Assembly (NCBI GenBank): GCA_964247055.1
Contig: OZ176054.1
Span: forward strand, 806,001-870,000
Origin: Paragordius varius
Taxonomy: Eukaryota > Animalia > Nematomorpha
DNA length: 64,000 bases
Direction of reading: 5' to 3'
The notes below the pieces were generated by a model. The model made no database searches, was not told the DNA's origin, and was given only the letters and a program-made list of their open reading frames with translations. A program made the translations under genes and the position numbers. Positions within the stretch are counted from its first letter, which is position 1. Each line of letters opens with the position of its first letter. Below are positions 10,210 through 24,800 of this stretch, in pieces.

Positions 10210-12570
10210 GAGATAGTTTGACAAACTCTTTCATATCCGATTCTTACAACGATACTTTAAAAATTAATGTATTAAACTAGTCGCATCAATACTCAAGTTA
10301 AACTTTGTCCTTAAAAATCGGATATTGGTCACCGGTGGACAAAATTATTTTTTATATATTCTCTTAGCAAGACTACATCAAAATATAGAGATAGTTTGAC
10401 AAACTCTTTCATATCCGATTTTTACAACGATACTTTAAAAATTAATGTATAAAACTAGTCGCATCAATACTCAACTTAAACTTTGTCATAAAAAATCGAA
10501 TATTGGTCACCGGTGAACAAAATTATTTTTTATACATTCTCTTAGTAAGACTACATCAAAATATAGAGATAGTTTGACAAACTCTTTCATATCCGATTTT
10601 TACAACGATACTTTAAAAATTAATGTATTAAACTAGTCGCATCAATACTCAAGTTAAACTTTGTCCTTAAAAATCGGATATTGGTCACCGGTGAACAAAA
10701 TTATTTTTATATATTCTCTTAGCAAGACTACATCAAAATATAGAGGTAGTTTGACAAACTCTTTCATATCCGATTTTTACAACGATACTTTAAAAATTAA
10801 TGTATAAAACGAGTCGTATCAATAAATCGCATCAATACTCAAGTTAAACTTTGTCCTTAAAAATCGGATATTGGTCACCGGTGCACAAAATTATTTTTTA
10901 TACATTCTCTTAGTAGGACTACATCAAAATATAGAGATAGTTTGGCAAACTCTTTCATATCCGATTTTTACAACGATACTTTAAAAATTAATGTATTAAA
11001 CTAGTCGCATCAATACTCAAGTTAAACTTTGTCCTTAAAAATCGGATATTGGTCTCCGGTGAACAAAATAATTTTTTATATATTCTCTTAGCAAGACTAC
11101 ATCAAAATATAGAGATAGTTTGACAAACTCGTTCATATCCGATTTTTACAACGATACTTTAAAAATTAATGTATAAAACTAGTCGTATCAATAAATCGCA
11201 TCAATACTCAAGTTAAACTTTGTCCTTAAAAATCGGATATTGGTCACCGGTGCACAAAATTATTTTTTATACATTCTCTTAGTAGGACTACATCAAAATA
11301 TAGAGATAGTTTGGCAAACTCTTTCATATCCGATTTTTACAACGATACTTGAAAAATTAATGTATTAAACTAGTCGCATCAATACTCAAGTTAAACTTTG
11401 TCCTTAAAAATCGGATATTGGTCTCCGGTGAACAAAATTATTTTTTATACATTCTCTTAGTAAGACTAAATCAAAATATAGAGATAGTTTGACAAACTCT
11501 TTCATATCCGATTTTTACAACGATACTTTAAAAATTAATGTATTAAACTAGTCGCATCAATACTCAAGTTAAACTTTGTCCTTAAAAATCGGATATTGGT
11601 CACCGGTGGACAAAATTATTTTTTATATATTCTCTTAGCAAGACTACATCAAAATATAGAGATAGTTTGACAAACTCTTTCATATCCGATTTTTACAACG
11701 ATACTTTAAAAATTAATGTATAAAACTAGTCGCATCAATACTCAACTTAAACTTTGTCATAAAAAATCGAATATTGGTCACCGGTGAACAAAATTATTTT
11801 TTATACATTCTCTTAGTAAGACTACATCAAAATATAGAGATAGTTTGACAAACTCTTTCATATCCGATTTTTACAACGATACTTTAAAAATTAATGTATT
11901 AAACTAGTCGCATCAATACTCAAGTTAAACTTTGTCCTTAAAAATCGGATATTGGTCACCGGTGAACAAAATTATTTTTTATATATTCTCTTAGCAAGAC
12001 TACATCAAAATATAGAGGTAGTTTGACAAACTCTTTCATATCCGATTTTTACAACGATACTTTAAAAATTAATGTATAAAACGAGTCGTATCAATAAATC
12101 GCATCAATACTCAAGTTAAACTTTGTCCTTAAAAATCGGATATGGGTCACCGGTGCACAAAATTATTTTTTATACATTCTCTTAGTAGGACTACATCAAA
12201 ATATAGAGATAGTTTGGCAAACTCTTTCATATCCGATTTTTACAACGATACTTTAAAAATTAATGTATTAAACTAGTCGCATCAATACTCAAGTTAAACT
12301 TTGTCCTTAAAAATCGGATATTGGTCTCCGGTGAACAAAATAATTTTTTATATATTCTCTTAGCAAGACTACATCAAAACATAGAGATAGTTTGACAAAC
12401 TCTTTCATATCCGATTTTTACAACGATACTTTAAAAATTAATGTATAAAACTAGTCGTATCAATAAATCGCATCAATACTCAAGTTAAACTTTGTCCTTA
12501 AAAATCGGATATTGGTCACCGGTGAACAAAATTATTTTTTATACATTCTCTTAGTAAGACTACATCAAAA
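10210..12570 (+). repeat. Tandem 7-monomer duplication (period 1271 bp)
   Basis: The GGTGGAC monomer starts at 10210 and 11481; the CAACTT/GTCATA monomer starts at 10388 and 11659. GTGCAC and TCTCC monomers follow in the same order. The right end is approximate. Confidence 0.8.
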
Positions 12571-13285
12571 TATAGAAATAGTTTGACAAACTCTTTCATA
12601 TCCGATTTTTACAACGATACTTTAAAAATTAATGTGTTAAACTAGTCGCATCAGTACTCAAGTTAAACTTTGTCCTAAAAAATCGAATATTGGTCACCGG
12701 TGAACAAAATTATTTTTTATATATTCTCTTAGTAAGACTACATCAAAATATAGAAATAGTTTGACAAACTCTTTCATATCCGATTTTTACAACGATACTT
12801 TAAAATTTAATGTATTAAACTAGTCGCATCAATAATCAAATAAAAGTTGTCGTTAAAAATCGGATATTGGTCACCGGTGAACAAAATTATTTTTTATACA
12901 TTCTCTTAGTAAGACTACATCAAAATATAGAGATAGTTTGACAAACTCTTTCATATCCGATTTTTACAACGATACGTTAAAAATTATGGTATTAAACTAG
13001 TCGCATCAATACTCAAATTAAACTTTGTCCTTAAAAATCGGATTTGGTCACCGGTGAACAAAATTATTTTTTATATATTCTCTTAGCAAGACTACATCAA
13101 AATATAGAGATAGTTTGACAAACTCTTTCATATCCGATTTTTACAACGATACGTTAAAAATTATGGTATTAAACTAGTCGCATCAATACTCAAATTAAAC
13201 TTTGTCCTTAAAAATCGGATATTGGTCACCGGTGAACAAAATTATTTTTCTATATATTCTCTTAACAAGACTACATCAAAATATA

Positions 13286-13522
13286 GAGATAGTTTGACAA
13301 ACTCTTTCATATCCGATTTTTACAACGATACTTTAAAAATTAATGTATAAAACTAGTCGTATCAATAAATCGCATCAATACTCACGATACTTTAAAAATT
13401 AATGTGTTAAACTAGTCGCATCAATACTCAAGTTAAACTTTGTCCTTAAAAATCGAATATTGGTCACCGGTGAACAAAATTATTTTTTATATATTCTCTT
13501 AGTAAGACTACATCAAAATATA
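13286..13522 (+). repeat. 237-bp aberrant monomer with a 46-bp internal repeat (13384-13429)
   Basis: After ...CATCAATACTC the sequence returns to ACGATACTTTAAAA... (monomer positions 40-85). 178+13+46 = 237 matches starts at 13286 and 13523. Confidence 0.92.
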
Positions 13523-14866
13523 GAAATAGTTTGACAAACTCTTTCATATCCGATTTTTACAACGATACTTTAAAATTTAATGTATTAAACTAGTCGCATC
13601 AATACTCAAATTAAACTTTGTCCTTAAAAATCGGATATTGGTCACCGGTGAACAAAATTATATTTTATATATTCTCTTAGCAAGACTACATCAAAATATA
13701 GAGATAGTTTGACAAACTCTTTCATATCCGATTTTTACAACGATACTTTAAAAATTAATGTATAAAACGAGTCGTATCAATAAATCGCATCAATACTCAA
13801 GTTAAACTTTGTCCTTAAAAATCGGATATTGGTCACCGGTGAACAAAATTATTTTTTATATATTCTCTTAGTAAGACTACATCAAAATATAGAAATAGTT
13901 TGACAAACTCTTTCATATCCGATTTTTACAACGATACTTTAAAATTTAATGTATTAAACTAGTCGCATCAATACTCAAATTAAACTTTGTCCTTAAAAAT
14001 CGGATATTGGTCACCGGTGAACAAAATTATATTTTATATATTCTCTTAGCAAGACTACATCAAAATATAGAGATAGTTTGACAAACTCTTTCATATCCGA
14101 TTTTTACAACGATACTTTAAAAATTAATGTATTAAACGAGTCGTATCAATAAATCGCATCAATACTCAAGTTAAACTTTGTCCTTAAAAATCGGATATTG
14201 GTCACCGGTGAACAAAATTATTTTTTATACATTCTCTTAGTAGGACTACATCAAAATATAGATATAGTTTGGCAAACTCTTTCATATCCGATTTTTACAA
14301 CGATACTTTAAAAATTAATGTATTAAACTAGTCGCATCAATACTCAAGTTAAACTTTGTCCTTAAAAATCGGATATTGGTCTCCGGTGAACAAAATAATT
14401 TTTTATACATTCTCTTAGTAAGACTACATCAAAATATAGAGGTAGTTTGAAAAACTCTTTCATATCCGATTTTACGATACTTTAAAAATTAATGTATTAA
14501 ACTAGTCGCATCAATACTCAAGTTAAACTTTGTCCTTAAAAATCGGATATTGGTCACCGGTGAACAAAATTATTTTTTATATATTCTCTTAGCTAGACTA
14601 CATCAAAATATAGAGATAGTTTGACAAACTCTTTCATATCCGATTCTTACAACGATACTTTAAAAATTAATGTATAAAACTAGTCGCATCAATACTCAAG
14701 TTAAACTTTGTCCTTAAAAATCGAATATTGGTCACCGGTGAACAAAATTAATTTTTATACATTCTCTTAGTAAGACTACATCAAAATATAGAGATAGTTT
14801 GACAAACTCTTTCATATCCGATTTTTACAGATACTTTAAAAATTAATGTGTTAAACTAGTCGCATC

Positions 14867-14944
14867 CTTACTAAGAGAATATATAAAAAATAATTTTGTT
14901 CACCGGTGACCAATATTCGATTTTTAAGGACAAAGTTTAACTTG
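14867..14944 (-). repeat. 78-bp inverted monomer segment, copy 4
   Basis: Same segment and junctions. Confidence 0.97.
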
Positions 14945-16569
14945 CAAAATATAGAAATAGTTTGACAAACTCTTTCATATCCGATTTTTACAACGATACT
15001 TTAAAATTTAATGTATTAATCTAGTCGCATCAATACTCAAATTAAACTTTGTCCTTAAAAATCAGATATTGGTCACCGGTGAACAAAATTATATTTTATA
15101 TATTCTCTTAGCAAGACTACATCAAAATATAGAGATAGTTTGACAAACTCTTTCATATCCGATTTTTACAACGATACTTTAAAAATTAATGTATAAAACG
15201 AGTCGTATCAATAAATCGCATCAATACTCAAGATAAACTTTGTCCTTAAAAATCGGATATTGGTCACCGGTGAACAAAATTATTTTTTATACATTCTCTT
15301 AGTAGGACTACATCAAAATATAGAGATAGTTTGGCAAACTCTTTCATATCCGATTTTTACAACGATACTTTAAAAATTAATGTATTAAACTAGTCGCATC
15401 AATACTCAAGTTAAACTTTGTCCTTAAAAATCGGATATTGGTCTCCGGTGAACAAAATAATTTTTTATACATTCTCTTCGTAAGACTACATCTAAATATA
15501 GAGGTAGTTTGAAAAACTCTTTCATATCCGATTTTTACAACGATACTTTAAAAATTAATGTATTAAACTAGTCGCATCAATACTCAAGTTAAACTTTGTC
15601 CTTAAAAATCGGATATTGGTCACCGGTGAGCAAAATTATTTTTTATATATTCTCTTAGCAAGACTACATCAAAATATAGAGATAGTTTGACAAACTCTTT
15701 CATATCCGATTCTTACAACGATACTTTAAAAATTAATGTTTAAACGAGTCGTATCAATAAATCGCATCAATACTCAAGTTAAACTTTGTCCTTAAAAATC
15801 GGATATTGGTCACCGGTGAACAAAATTATTTTTTATACATTCTCTTAGTAGGACTACATCAAAATATAGAGATAGTTTGGCAAACTCTTTCATATCCGAT
15901 TTTTACTACGATACTTTAAAAATTAATGTATAAAACTAGTCGTATCAATAAATCGCATCAATACTCAAGTTAAACTTTGTCCTTAAAAATCGGATATTGG
16001 TCACCGGTGAACAAAATTATTTTTTATACATTCTCTTAGTAAAACTACATCAAAATATAGAGATAGTTTGACAAACTCTTTCATATCCGATTTTTACAAC
16101 GATACTTTAAAAATTAATGTGTTAAACTAGTCGCATCAATACTCATAGTTTGTCCTTAAAAATCGAATATTGGTCACCGGTGAACAAAATTATTTTTTAT
16201 TTATTCTCTTAGTAAGACTACATCAAAATATAGAAATAGTTTGACAAACTCTTTCATATCCGATTTTTACAATGATACTTTAAAATTTAATGTATTAAAC
16301 TAGTCGCATCAATACTCAAATTAAACTTTGTCCTTAAAAATCGGATATTGGTCACCGGTGAACAAAATTATTTTTTATACAGTCTCTTAGTAAGACTACA
16401 TCAAAATATAGAGATAGTTTGACAAACTCTTTCATATCCGATTTTTATAACGATACTTTAAAAATTAATGTATTAAACTAGTCCAATACTCAAGTTAAAC
16501 TTTGTCCTTAAAAATCGGATATTGGTCACCGGTGAACAAAATTATTTTTTATACATTCTCTTAGTAGGA

Positions 16570-19500
16570 CTACATCAAAATATAGAGATAGTTTGGCAAA
16601 CTCTTTCATATCCGATTTTTACTACGATACTTTAAAAATTAATGTATAAAACTAGTCGTATCAATAAATCGCATCAATACTCAAGTTAAACTTTGTCCTT
16701 AAAAATCGGATATTGGTCACCGGTGAACAAAATTATTTTTTATACATTCTCTTAGTAAAACTACATCAAAATATAGAGATAGTTTGACAAACTCTTTCAT
16801 ATCCGATTTTTACAACGATACTTTAAAAATTAATGTATAAAACTAGTCGCATCAATACTCAACTTAAACTTTCTCCTTAAAAATCGAATATTGGTCACCG
16901 GTGAACAAAATTATTTTTTATACATTCTCTTAGTAAGACTACATCAAAATATAGAGATAGTTTGACAAACTCTTTCATATCCGATTTTTACAACGATACT
17001 TTAAAAATTAATGTATTAAACTAGTCGCATCAATAAATCGCATCAATACTCAAGTTAAACTTTGTCCTTAAAAATCGGATATTGGTCACCGGTGAACAAA
17101 ATTATTTTTTATACATTCTCTTAGTAGGACTACATCAAAATATAGAGATAGTTTGTCAAACTCTTTCATATCCGATTTTTACAACGATACTTTAAAAATT
17201 AATGTATAAAACTAGTCGCATCAATACTCAAGTTAAACTTTGTCCTTAAAAATCGAATATTGGTCACCGGTGAACTAAATTATTTTTTATACATTCTCTT
17301 AGTAGGACTACATCAAAATATAGAGATAGTTTGGCAAACTCTTTCATATCCGATTTTTACTACGATACTTTAAAAATTAATGTATAAAACTAGTCGTATC
17401 AATAAATCGCATCAATACTCAAGTTAAACTTTGTCCTTAAAAATCGGATATTGGTCACCGGTGAACAAAATTATTTTTTATACATTCTCTTAGTAAGACT
17501 ACATCAAAATATAGAGATAGTTTGACAAACTCTTTCATATCCGATTTTTACAACGATACTTTATTAAATTAATGTATAAAACTAGTCGCATCAATACTCA
17601 ACTTAAACTTTGTCCTTAAAAATCGAATATTGGTCACCGGTGAACAAAATTATTTTTTATACATTCTCTTAGTAAGACTACATCAAAATATAGAGATAGT
17701 TTGACAAACTCTTTCATATCCGATTTTTACAACGATACTTTAATAAATTAATGTATAAAACTAGTCGCATCAATACTCAACTTAAACTTTGTCCTTAAAA
17801 ATCGAATATTGGTCACCGGTGAACAAAATTATTTTTTATACATTCTCTTAGTAAGACTACATCAAAATATAGAGATAGTTTGACAAACTCTTTCATATCC
17901 GATTTTTACAACGATACTTTAAAAATTAATGTATTAAACTAGTCGCATCAATAAATCGCATCAATACTCAAGTTAAACTTTGTCCTTAAAAATCGGATAT
18001 TGGTCACCGGTGAACAAAATTATTTTTTATACATTCTCTTAGTAGGACTACATCAAAATATAGAGATAGTTTGTCAAACTCTTTCATATCCGAACAACGA
18101 TACTTTAAAAATTAATGTATAAAACTAGTCGCATCAATACTCAAGTTAAACTTTGTCCTTAAAAATCGAATATTGGTCACCGGTGAACAAAATTATTTTT
18201 TATACATTCTCTTAGTAGGACTACATCAAAATATAGAGATAGTTTGGCAAACTCTTTCATATCCGATTTTTACTTCGATACTTTAAAAATTAATGTATAA
18301 AACTAGTCGTATCAATAAATCGCATCAATACTCAAGTTAAACTTTGTCCTTAAAAATCGGATATTGGTCACCGGTGAACAAAATTATTTTTTATACATTC
18401 TCTTAGTAAAACTACATCAAAATATAGAGATAGTTTGACAAACTCTTTCATATCCGATTTTTACAACGATACTTTAAAAATTAATGTGTTAAACTAGTCG
18501 CATCAATACTCATAGTTTGTCCTTAAAAATCGAATATTGGTCACCGGTGAACAAAATTATTTTTTATATATTCTCTTAGTAAGACTACATCAAAATATAG
18601 AAATAGTTTGACAAACTCTTTCATATCCGATTTTTACAATGATACTTTAAAATTTAATGTATTAAACTAGTCGCATCAATACTCAAATTAAACTTTGTCC
18701 TTAAAAATCGGATATTGGTCACCGGTGAACAAAATTATTTTTTATACAGTCTCTTAGTAAGACTACATCAAAATATAGAGATAGTTTGACAAACTCTTTC
18801 ATATCCGATTTTTATAACGATACTTTAAAAATTAATGTATTAAACTAGTCCAATACTCAAGTTAAACTTTGTCCTTAAAAATCGGATATTGGTCACCGGT
18901 GAACAAAATTATTTTTTATATATTCTCTTAGCAAGACTACATTAAAATATAGAGATAGTTTGACAAACTCTTTCATATCCGATTCTTACAACGATACTTT
19001 AAAAATTAATGTATAAAACGAGTCGCATCAATACTCAAGTTAAACTTTGTCCTTAAAAATCAAATATTGTTCACCGGTGAACAAAATTATTTTTTATACA
19101 TTCTCTTAGTAAGACTACATCAAAATATAGAGATAGTTTGACAAACTCTTTCATATCCGATTTTTACAACGATACTTTAATAAATTAATGTATAAAACTA
19201 GTCGCATCAATACTCAACTTAAACTTTGTCCTTAAAAATCGAATATTGGTCACCGGTGAACAAAATTATTTTTTATACATTCTCTTAGTAAGACTACATC
19301 AAAATATAGAGATAGTTTGACAAACTCTTTCATATCCGATTTTTACAACGATACTTTAAAAATTAATGTATTAAACTAGTCGCATCAATAAATCGCATCA
19401 ATACTCAAGTTAAACTTTGTCCTTAAAAATCGGATATTGGTCACCGGTGAACAAAATTATTTTTTATACATTCTCTTAGTAGGACTACATCAAAATATAG

Positions 19501-21800
19501 AGATAGTTTGTCAAACTCTTTCATATCCGATTTTTACAACGATACTTTAAAAATTAATGTATAAAACTAGTCGCATCAATACTCAAGTTAAACTTTGTCC
19601 TTAAAAATCGAATATTGGTCACCGGTGAACATAATTATTTTTTATACATTCTCTTAGTAAGACTACATCAAAATATAGAGATAGTTTGACAAACTCTTTC
19701 ATATCCGATTTTTACAACGATACTTTAAAAATTAATGTATTAAACTAGTCGCATCAATACTCAAGTTAAACTTTGTCCTTAAAAATCGGATATTGGTCAC
19801 CGGTGAACAAAATTATTTTTTATATATTCTCTTAGCAAGACCACATCAAAATATAGAGATAGTTTGACAAACTCTTTCATATCCGATTTTTACAACGATA
19901 CTTTAAAAATTAATGTATAAAACTAGTCGCATCAATACTCAAGTTAAACTTTGTCCTTAAAAATCGAATATTGGTCACCGGTGAACAAAATTATTTTTTA
20001 TATATTCTCTTAGCAAGAGTACATCAAAATATAGAGATAGTTTGACAAACTCTTTCATATCCGATTTTTACAACGATACGAGTCGTATCAATAAATCGCA
20101 TCAATACTCAAGTTAAACTTTGTCCTTAAAAATCGGATATTGGTCACCGGTGAACAAAATTATTTTTTATATATTCTCTTAGCAAGACTACATCATAATA
20201 TAGAGATAGTTTGTCAAACTCTTTCATATCCGATTTTTACAACGATACTTTAAAAATTAATGTATTAAACTAGTCGCATCAATACTCATACTATGTCCTT
20301 AAAAATCGAATATTGGTCACCGGTGAACAAAATTATTTTTTATATATTCTCTTAGTAAGACTACATCAAAATATAGAAATAGTTTGACAAACTCTTTCAT
20401 ATCCGATTTTTACAACGATACGTTAAAAATTATGGTATTAAACTAGTCGCATCAATACTCAAATTAAACTTTGTCCTTAAAAATCTAATATTGGTCACCG
20501 GTGAACAAAATTATTTTTTATACATTCTCTTAGTAAGACTACATCAAAATATAGAGATAGTTTGACAAACTCTTTCATATCCGATTTTTATAACGATACT
20601 TTAAAAATTAATGTATTAAACTAGTCCAATACTCAAGTTAAACTTTGTCCTTAAAAATCGGATATTGGTCACCGGTGAACAAAATTATTTTTTATATATT
20701 CTCTTAGCAAGACTACATTAAAATATAGAGATAGTTTGACAAACTCTTTCATATCCGATTCTTACAACGATACTTTAAAAATTAATGTATAAAACGAGTC
20801 GCATCAATACTCAAGTTAAACTTTGTCCTTAAAAATCAAATATTGTTCACCGGTGAACAAAATTATTTTTTATACATTCTCTTAGTAAGACTACATCAAA
20901 ATATAGAGATAGTTTGACAAACTCTTTCATATCCGATTTTTACAACGATACTTTAATAAATTAATGTATAAAACTAGTCGCATCAATACTCAACTTAAAC
21001 TTTGTCCTTAAAAATCGAATATTGGTCACCGGTGAACAAAATTATTTTTTATACATTCTCTTAGTAAGACTACATCAAAATATAGAGATAGTTTGACAAA
21101 CTCTTTCATATCCGATTTTTACAACGATACTTTAAAAATTAATGTATTAAACTAGTCGCATCAATAAATCGCATCAATACTCAAGTTAAACTTTGTCCTT
21201 AAAAATCGGATATTGGTCACCGGTGAACAAAATTATTTTTTATACATTCTCTTAGTAGGACTACATCAAAATATAGAGATAGTTTGTCAAACTCTTTCAT
21301 ATCCGATTTTTACAACGATACTTTAAAAATTAATGTATAAAACTAGTCGCATCAATACTCAAGTTAAACTTTGTCCTTAAAAATCGAATATTGGTCACCG
21401 GTGAACAAAATTATTTTTTATACATTCTCTTAGTAAGACTACATCAAAATATAGAGATAGTTTGACAAACTCTTTCATATCCGATTTTTACAACGATACT
21501 TTAAAAATTAATGTATTAAACTAGTCGCATCAATACTCAAGTTAAACTTTGTCCTTAAAAATCGGATATTGGTCTCCGGTGAACTAAATAATTTTTTATA
21601 CATTCTCTTAGTAAGACTACATCAAAATATAGAGGTAGTTTGACAAACTCTTTCATATCCGATTTTTACAACGATACTTTAAAAATTAATGTATAAAACT
21701 AGTCGCATCAATACTCAAGTTAAACTTTGTCCTTAAAAATCGAATATTGGTCACCGGTGAACAAAATTATTTTTTATATATTCTCTTAGCAAGACTACAT
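16570..21800 (+). repeat. Block colinear with about 33040-38270 (offset 16467-16472 bp)
   Basis: Marker pairs: TAGTAAAACTAC 16753/33220, CATAGTTTG 18511/34983, 22-bp deletion junction 20079/36551, CATACTATG 20287/36759, GAGG monomer 21632/38104. The 5-bp offset shift is explained by the T-tract deletion at about 18093. Confidence 0.85.
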
Positions 21801-24800
21801 CATAATATAGAGATAGTTTGTCACACTCTTTCATATCCGATTTTTACAACGATACTTTAAAAATTAATGTATTAAACTAGTCGCATCAATACTCATACTA
21901 TGTCCTTAAAAATCGAATATTGGTCACCGGGGACAAAATTATTTTTTATATATTCTCTTAGTAAGACTACATCAAAATATAGAAATAGTTTGACAAACTC
22001 TTTCATATCCGATTTTTACAACGATACGTTAAAAATTATGGTATTAAACTAGTCGCATCAATACTCAAATTAAACTTTGTCCTTAAAAATCTAATATTGG
22101 TCACCGGTGAACAAAATTATTTTTTATACATTCTCTTAGTAAGACTACATCAAAATATAGAGATAGTTTGACAAACTCTTTCATATCCGATTTTTACAAC
22201 GATACTTTAAAAATTAATGTATTAAACTAGTCCAATACTCAAGTTAAACTTTGTCCTTAAAAATCGGATATTGGTCACCGGTGAACAAAATTATTTTTTA
22301 TATATTCTCTTAGCAAGACTACATTAAAATATAGAGATAAGTTTGACAAACTCTTTCATATCCGATTCTTACAACGATACTTTAAAAATTAATGTATAAA
22401 ACTAGTCGCATCAATACTCAAGTTAAACTTTGTCCTTAAAAATCGAATATTGGTCACCGGTGAACAAAATTATTTTTTATACATTCTCTTAGTAAGACTA
22501 CATCAAAATATAGAGATAGTTTGACAAACTCTTTCATATCCGATTTTTACAACGATACTTTAAAAATTAATGTATTAAACTAGTCGCATCAATACTCAAG
22601 TTAAACTTTGTCCTTAAAAATCGGATATTGGTCACCGGTGAACAAAATTATTTTTTATATATTCTCTTAGCAAGAGTACATCAAAATATAGAGATAGTTT
22701 GACAAACTCTTTCATATCCGATTTTTACAACGATACTTTAAAAATTAATGTATAAAACGAGTCGTATCAATAAATCGCATCAATACTCAAGTTAAACATT
22801 GTCCTTAAAAATCGGATATTGGTCACCGGTGAACAAAATTATTTTTTATATATTCTCTTAGCAAGACTACATCAAAATATAGAGATAGTTTGACAAACTC
22901 TTTCATATCCGATTTTTACAACGATACTTTAAAAATTAATGTATAAAACTAGTCGCATCAATACTCAACTTAAACTTTGTCCTTAAAAATCGAATATTGG
23001 TCACCGGTGAACAAAATTATTTTTTATACATTCTCTTAGTAAGACTACATCAAAATATAGAGATAGTTTGACAAACTTTTTCATATCCGATTTTTACAAC
23101 GATACTTTAAAAATTAATGTATTAAACTAGTCGCATCAATAAATCGCATCAATACTCAAGTTAAACTTTGTCCTTAAAAATCGGATATTGGTCACCGGTG
23201 AACAAAATTATTTTTTATACATTCTCTTAGTAGGACTACATCAAAATATAGAGATAGTTTGTCAAACTCTTTCATATCCGATTTTTACAACGATACTTTA
23301 AAAATTAATGTATTAAACTAGTCGCATCAATACTCAAGTTAAACTTTGTCCTTAAAAATCGGATATTGGTCTCCGGTGAACAAAATAATTTTTTATACAT
23401 TCTCTTAGTAAGACTACATCAAAATATAGAGGTAGTTTGACAAACTCTTTAATATCCGATTTTTACAACGATACTTTAAAAATTAATGTATTAAACTAGT
23501 CGCATCAATACTCAAGTTAAACTTTGTCCTTAAAAATCGGATATTGGTCACCGGTGAACAAAATTATTTTTTATATATTCTCTTAGCAAGACTACATCAA
23601 AATATAGAGATAGTTTGACAAACTCTTTCATATCCGATTCTTACAACGATACTTTAAAAATTAATGTATAAAACTAGTCGCATCAATACTCAAGTTAAAC
23701 TTTGTCCTTAAAAATCGAATATTGGTCACCGGTGAACAAAATTATTTTTTATACATTCTCTTAGTAAGACTACATCAAAATATAGAGATAGTTTGACAAA
23801 CTCTTTCATATCCGATTTTTACAACGATACTTTAAAAATTAATGTATTAAACTAGTCGCATCAATACTCAAGTTAAACTTTGTCCTTAAAAATCGGATAT
23901 TGGTCACCGGTGAACAAAATTATTTTTTATATATTCTCTTAGCAAGAGTACATCAAAATATAGAGATAGTTTGACAAACTCTTTCATATCCGATTTTTAC
24001 AACGATACTTTAAAAATTAATGTATAAAACGAGTCGTATCAATAAATCGCATCAATACTCAAGTTAAACTTTGTCCTTAAAAATCGGATATTGGTCACCG
24101 GTGAACAAAATTATTTTTTATATATTCTCTTAGCAAGACTACATCAAAATATAGAGATAGTTTGACAAACTCTTTCATATCCGATTTTTACAACGATACT
24201 TTAAAAATTAATGTATAAAACTAGTCGCATCAATACTCAACTTAAACTTTGTCCTTAAAAATCGAATATTGGTCACCGGTGAACAAAATTATTTTTTATA
24301 CATTCTCTTAGTAAGACTACATCAAAATATAGAGATAGTTTGACAAACTCTTTCATATCCGATTTTTACAACGATACTTTAAAAATTAATGTATTAAACT
24401 AGTCGCATCAATAAATCGGATCAATACTCAAGTTAAACTTTGTCCTTAAAAATCGGATATTGGTCACCGGTGAACAAAATTATTTTTTATACATTCTCTT
24501 AGTAGGACTACATCAAAATATAGAGATAGTTTGTCAAACTCTTTCATATCCGATTTTTACAACGATACTTTAAAAATTAATGTATAAAACTAGTCGCATC
24601 AATACTCAAGTTAAACTTTGTCCTTAAAAATCGAATATTGGTCACCGGTGAACATAATTATTTTTTATACATTCTCTTAGTAAGACTACATCAAAATATA
24701 GAGATAGTTTGACAAACTCTTTCATATCCGATTTTTACAACGATACTTTAAAAATTAATGTATAAAACGAGTCGTATCAATAAATCGCATCAATACTCAA

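Noticed and set aside
18091-18100. Private small indels such as CGAACAACG (T-tract loss), AACT duplication at about 31461 and GATAAGTTT at about 22339
   Set aside because: These are singletons consistent with ordinary slippage or consensus error; they were used only to reconcile offsets.
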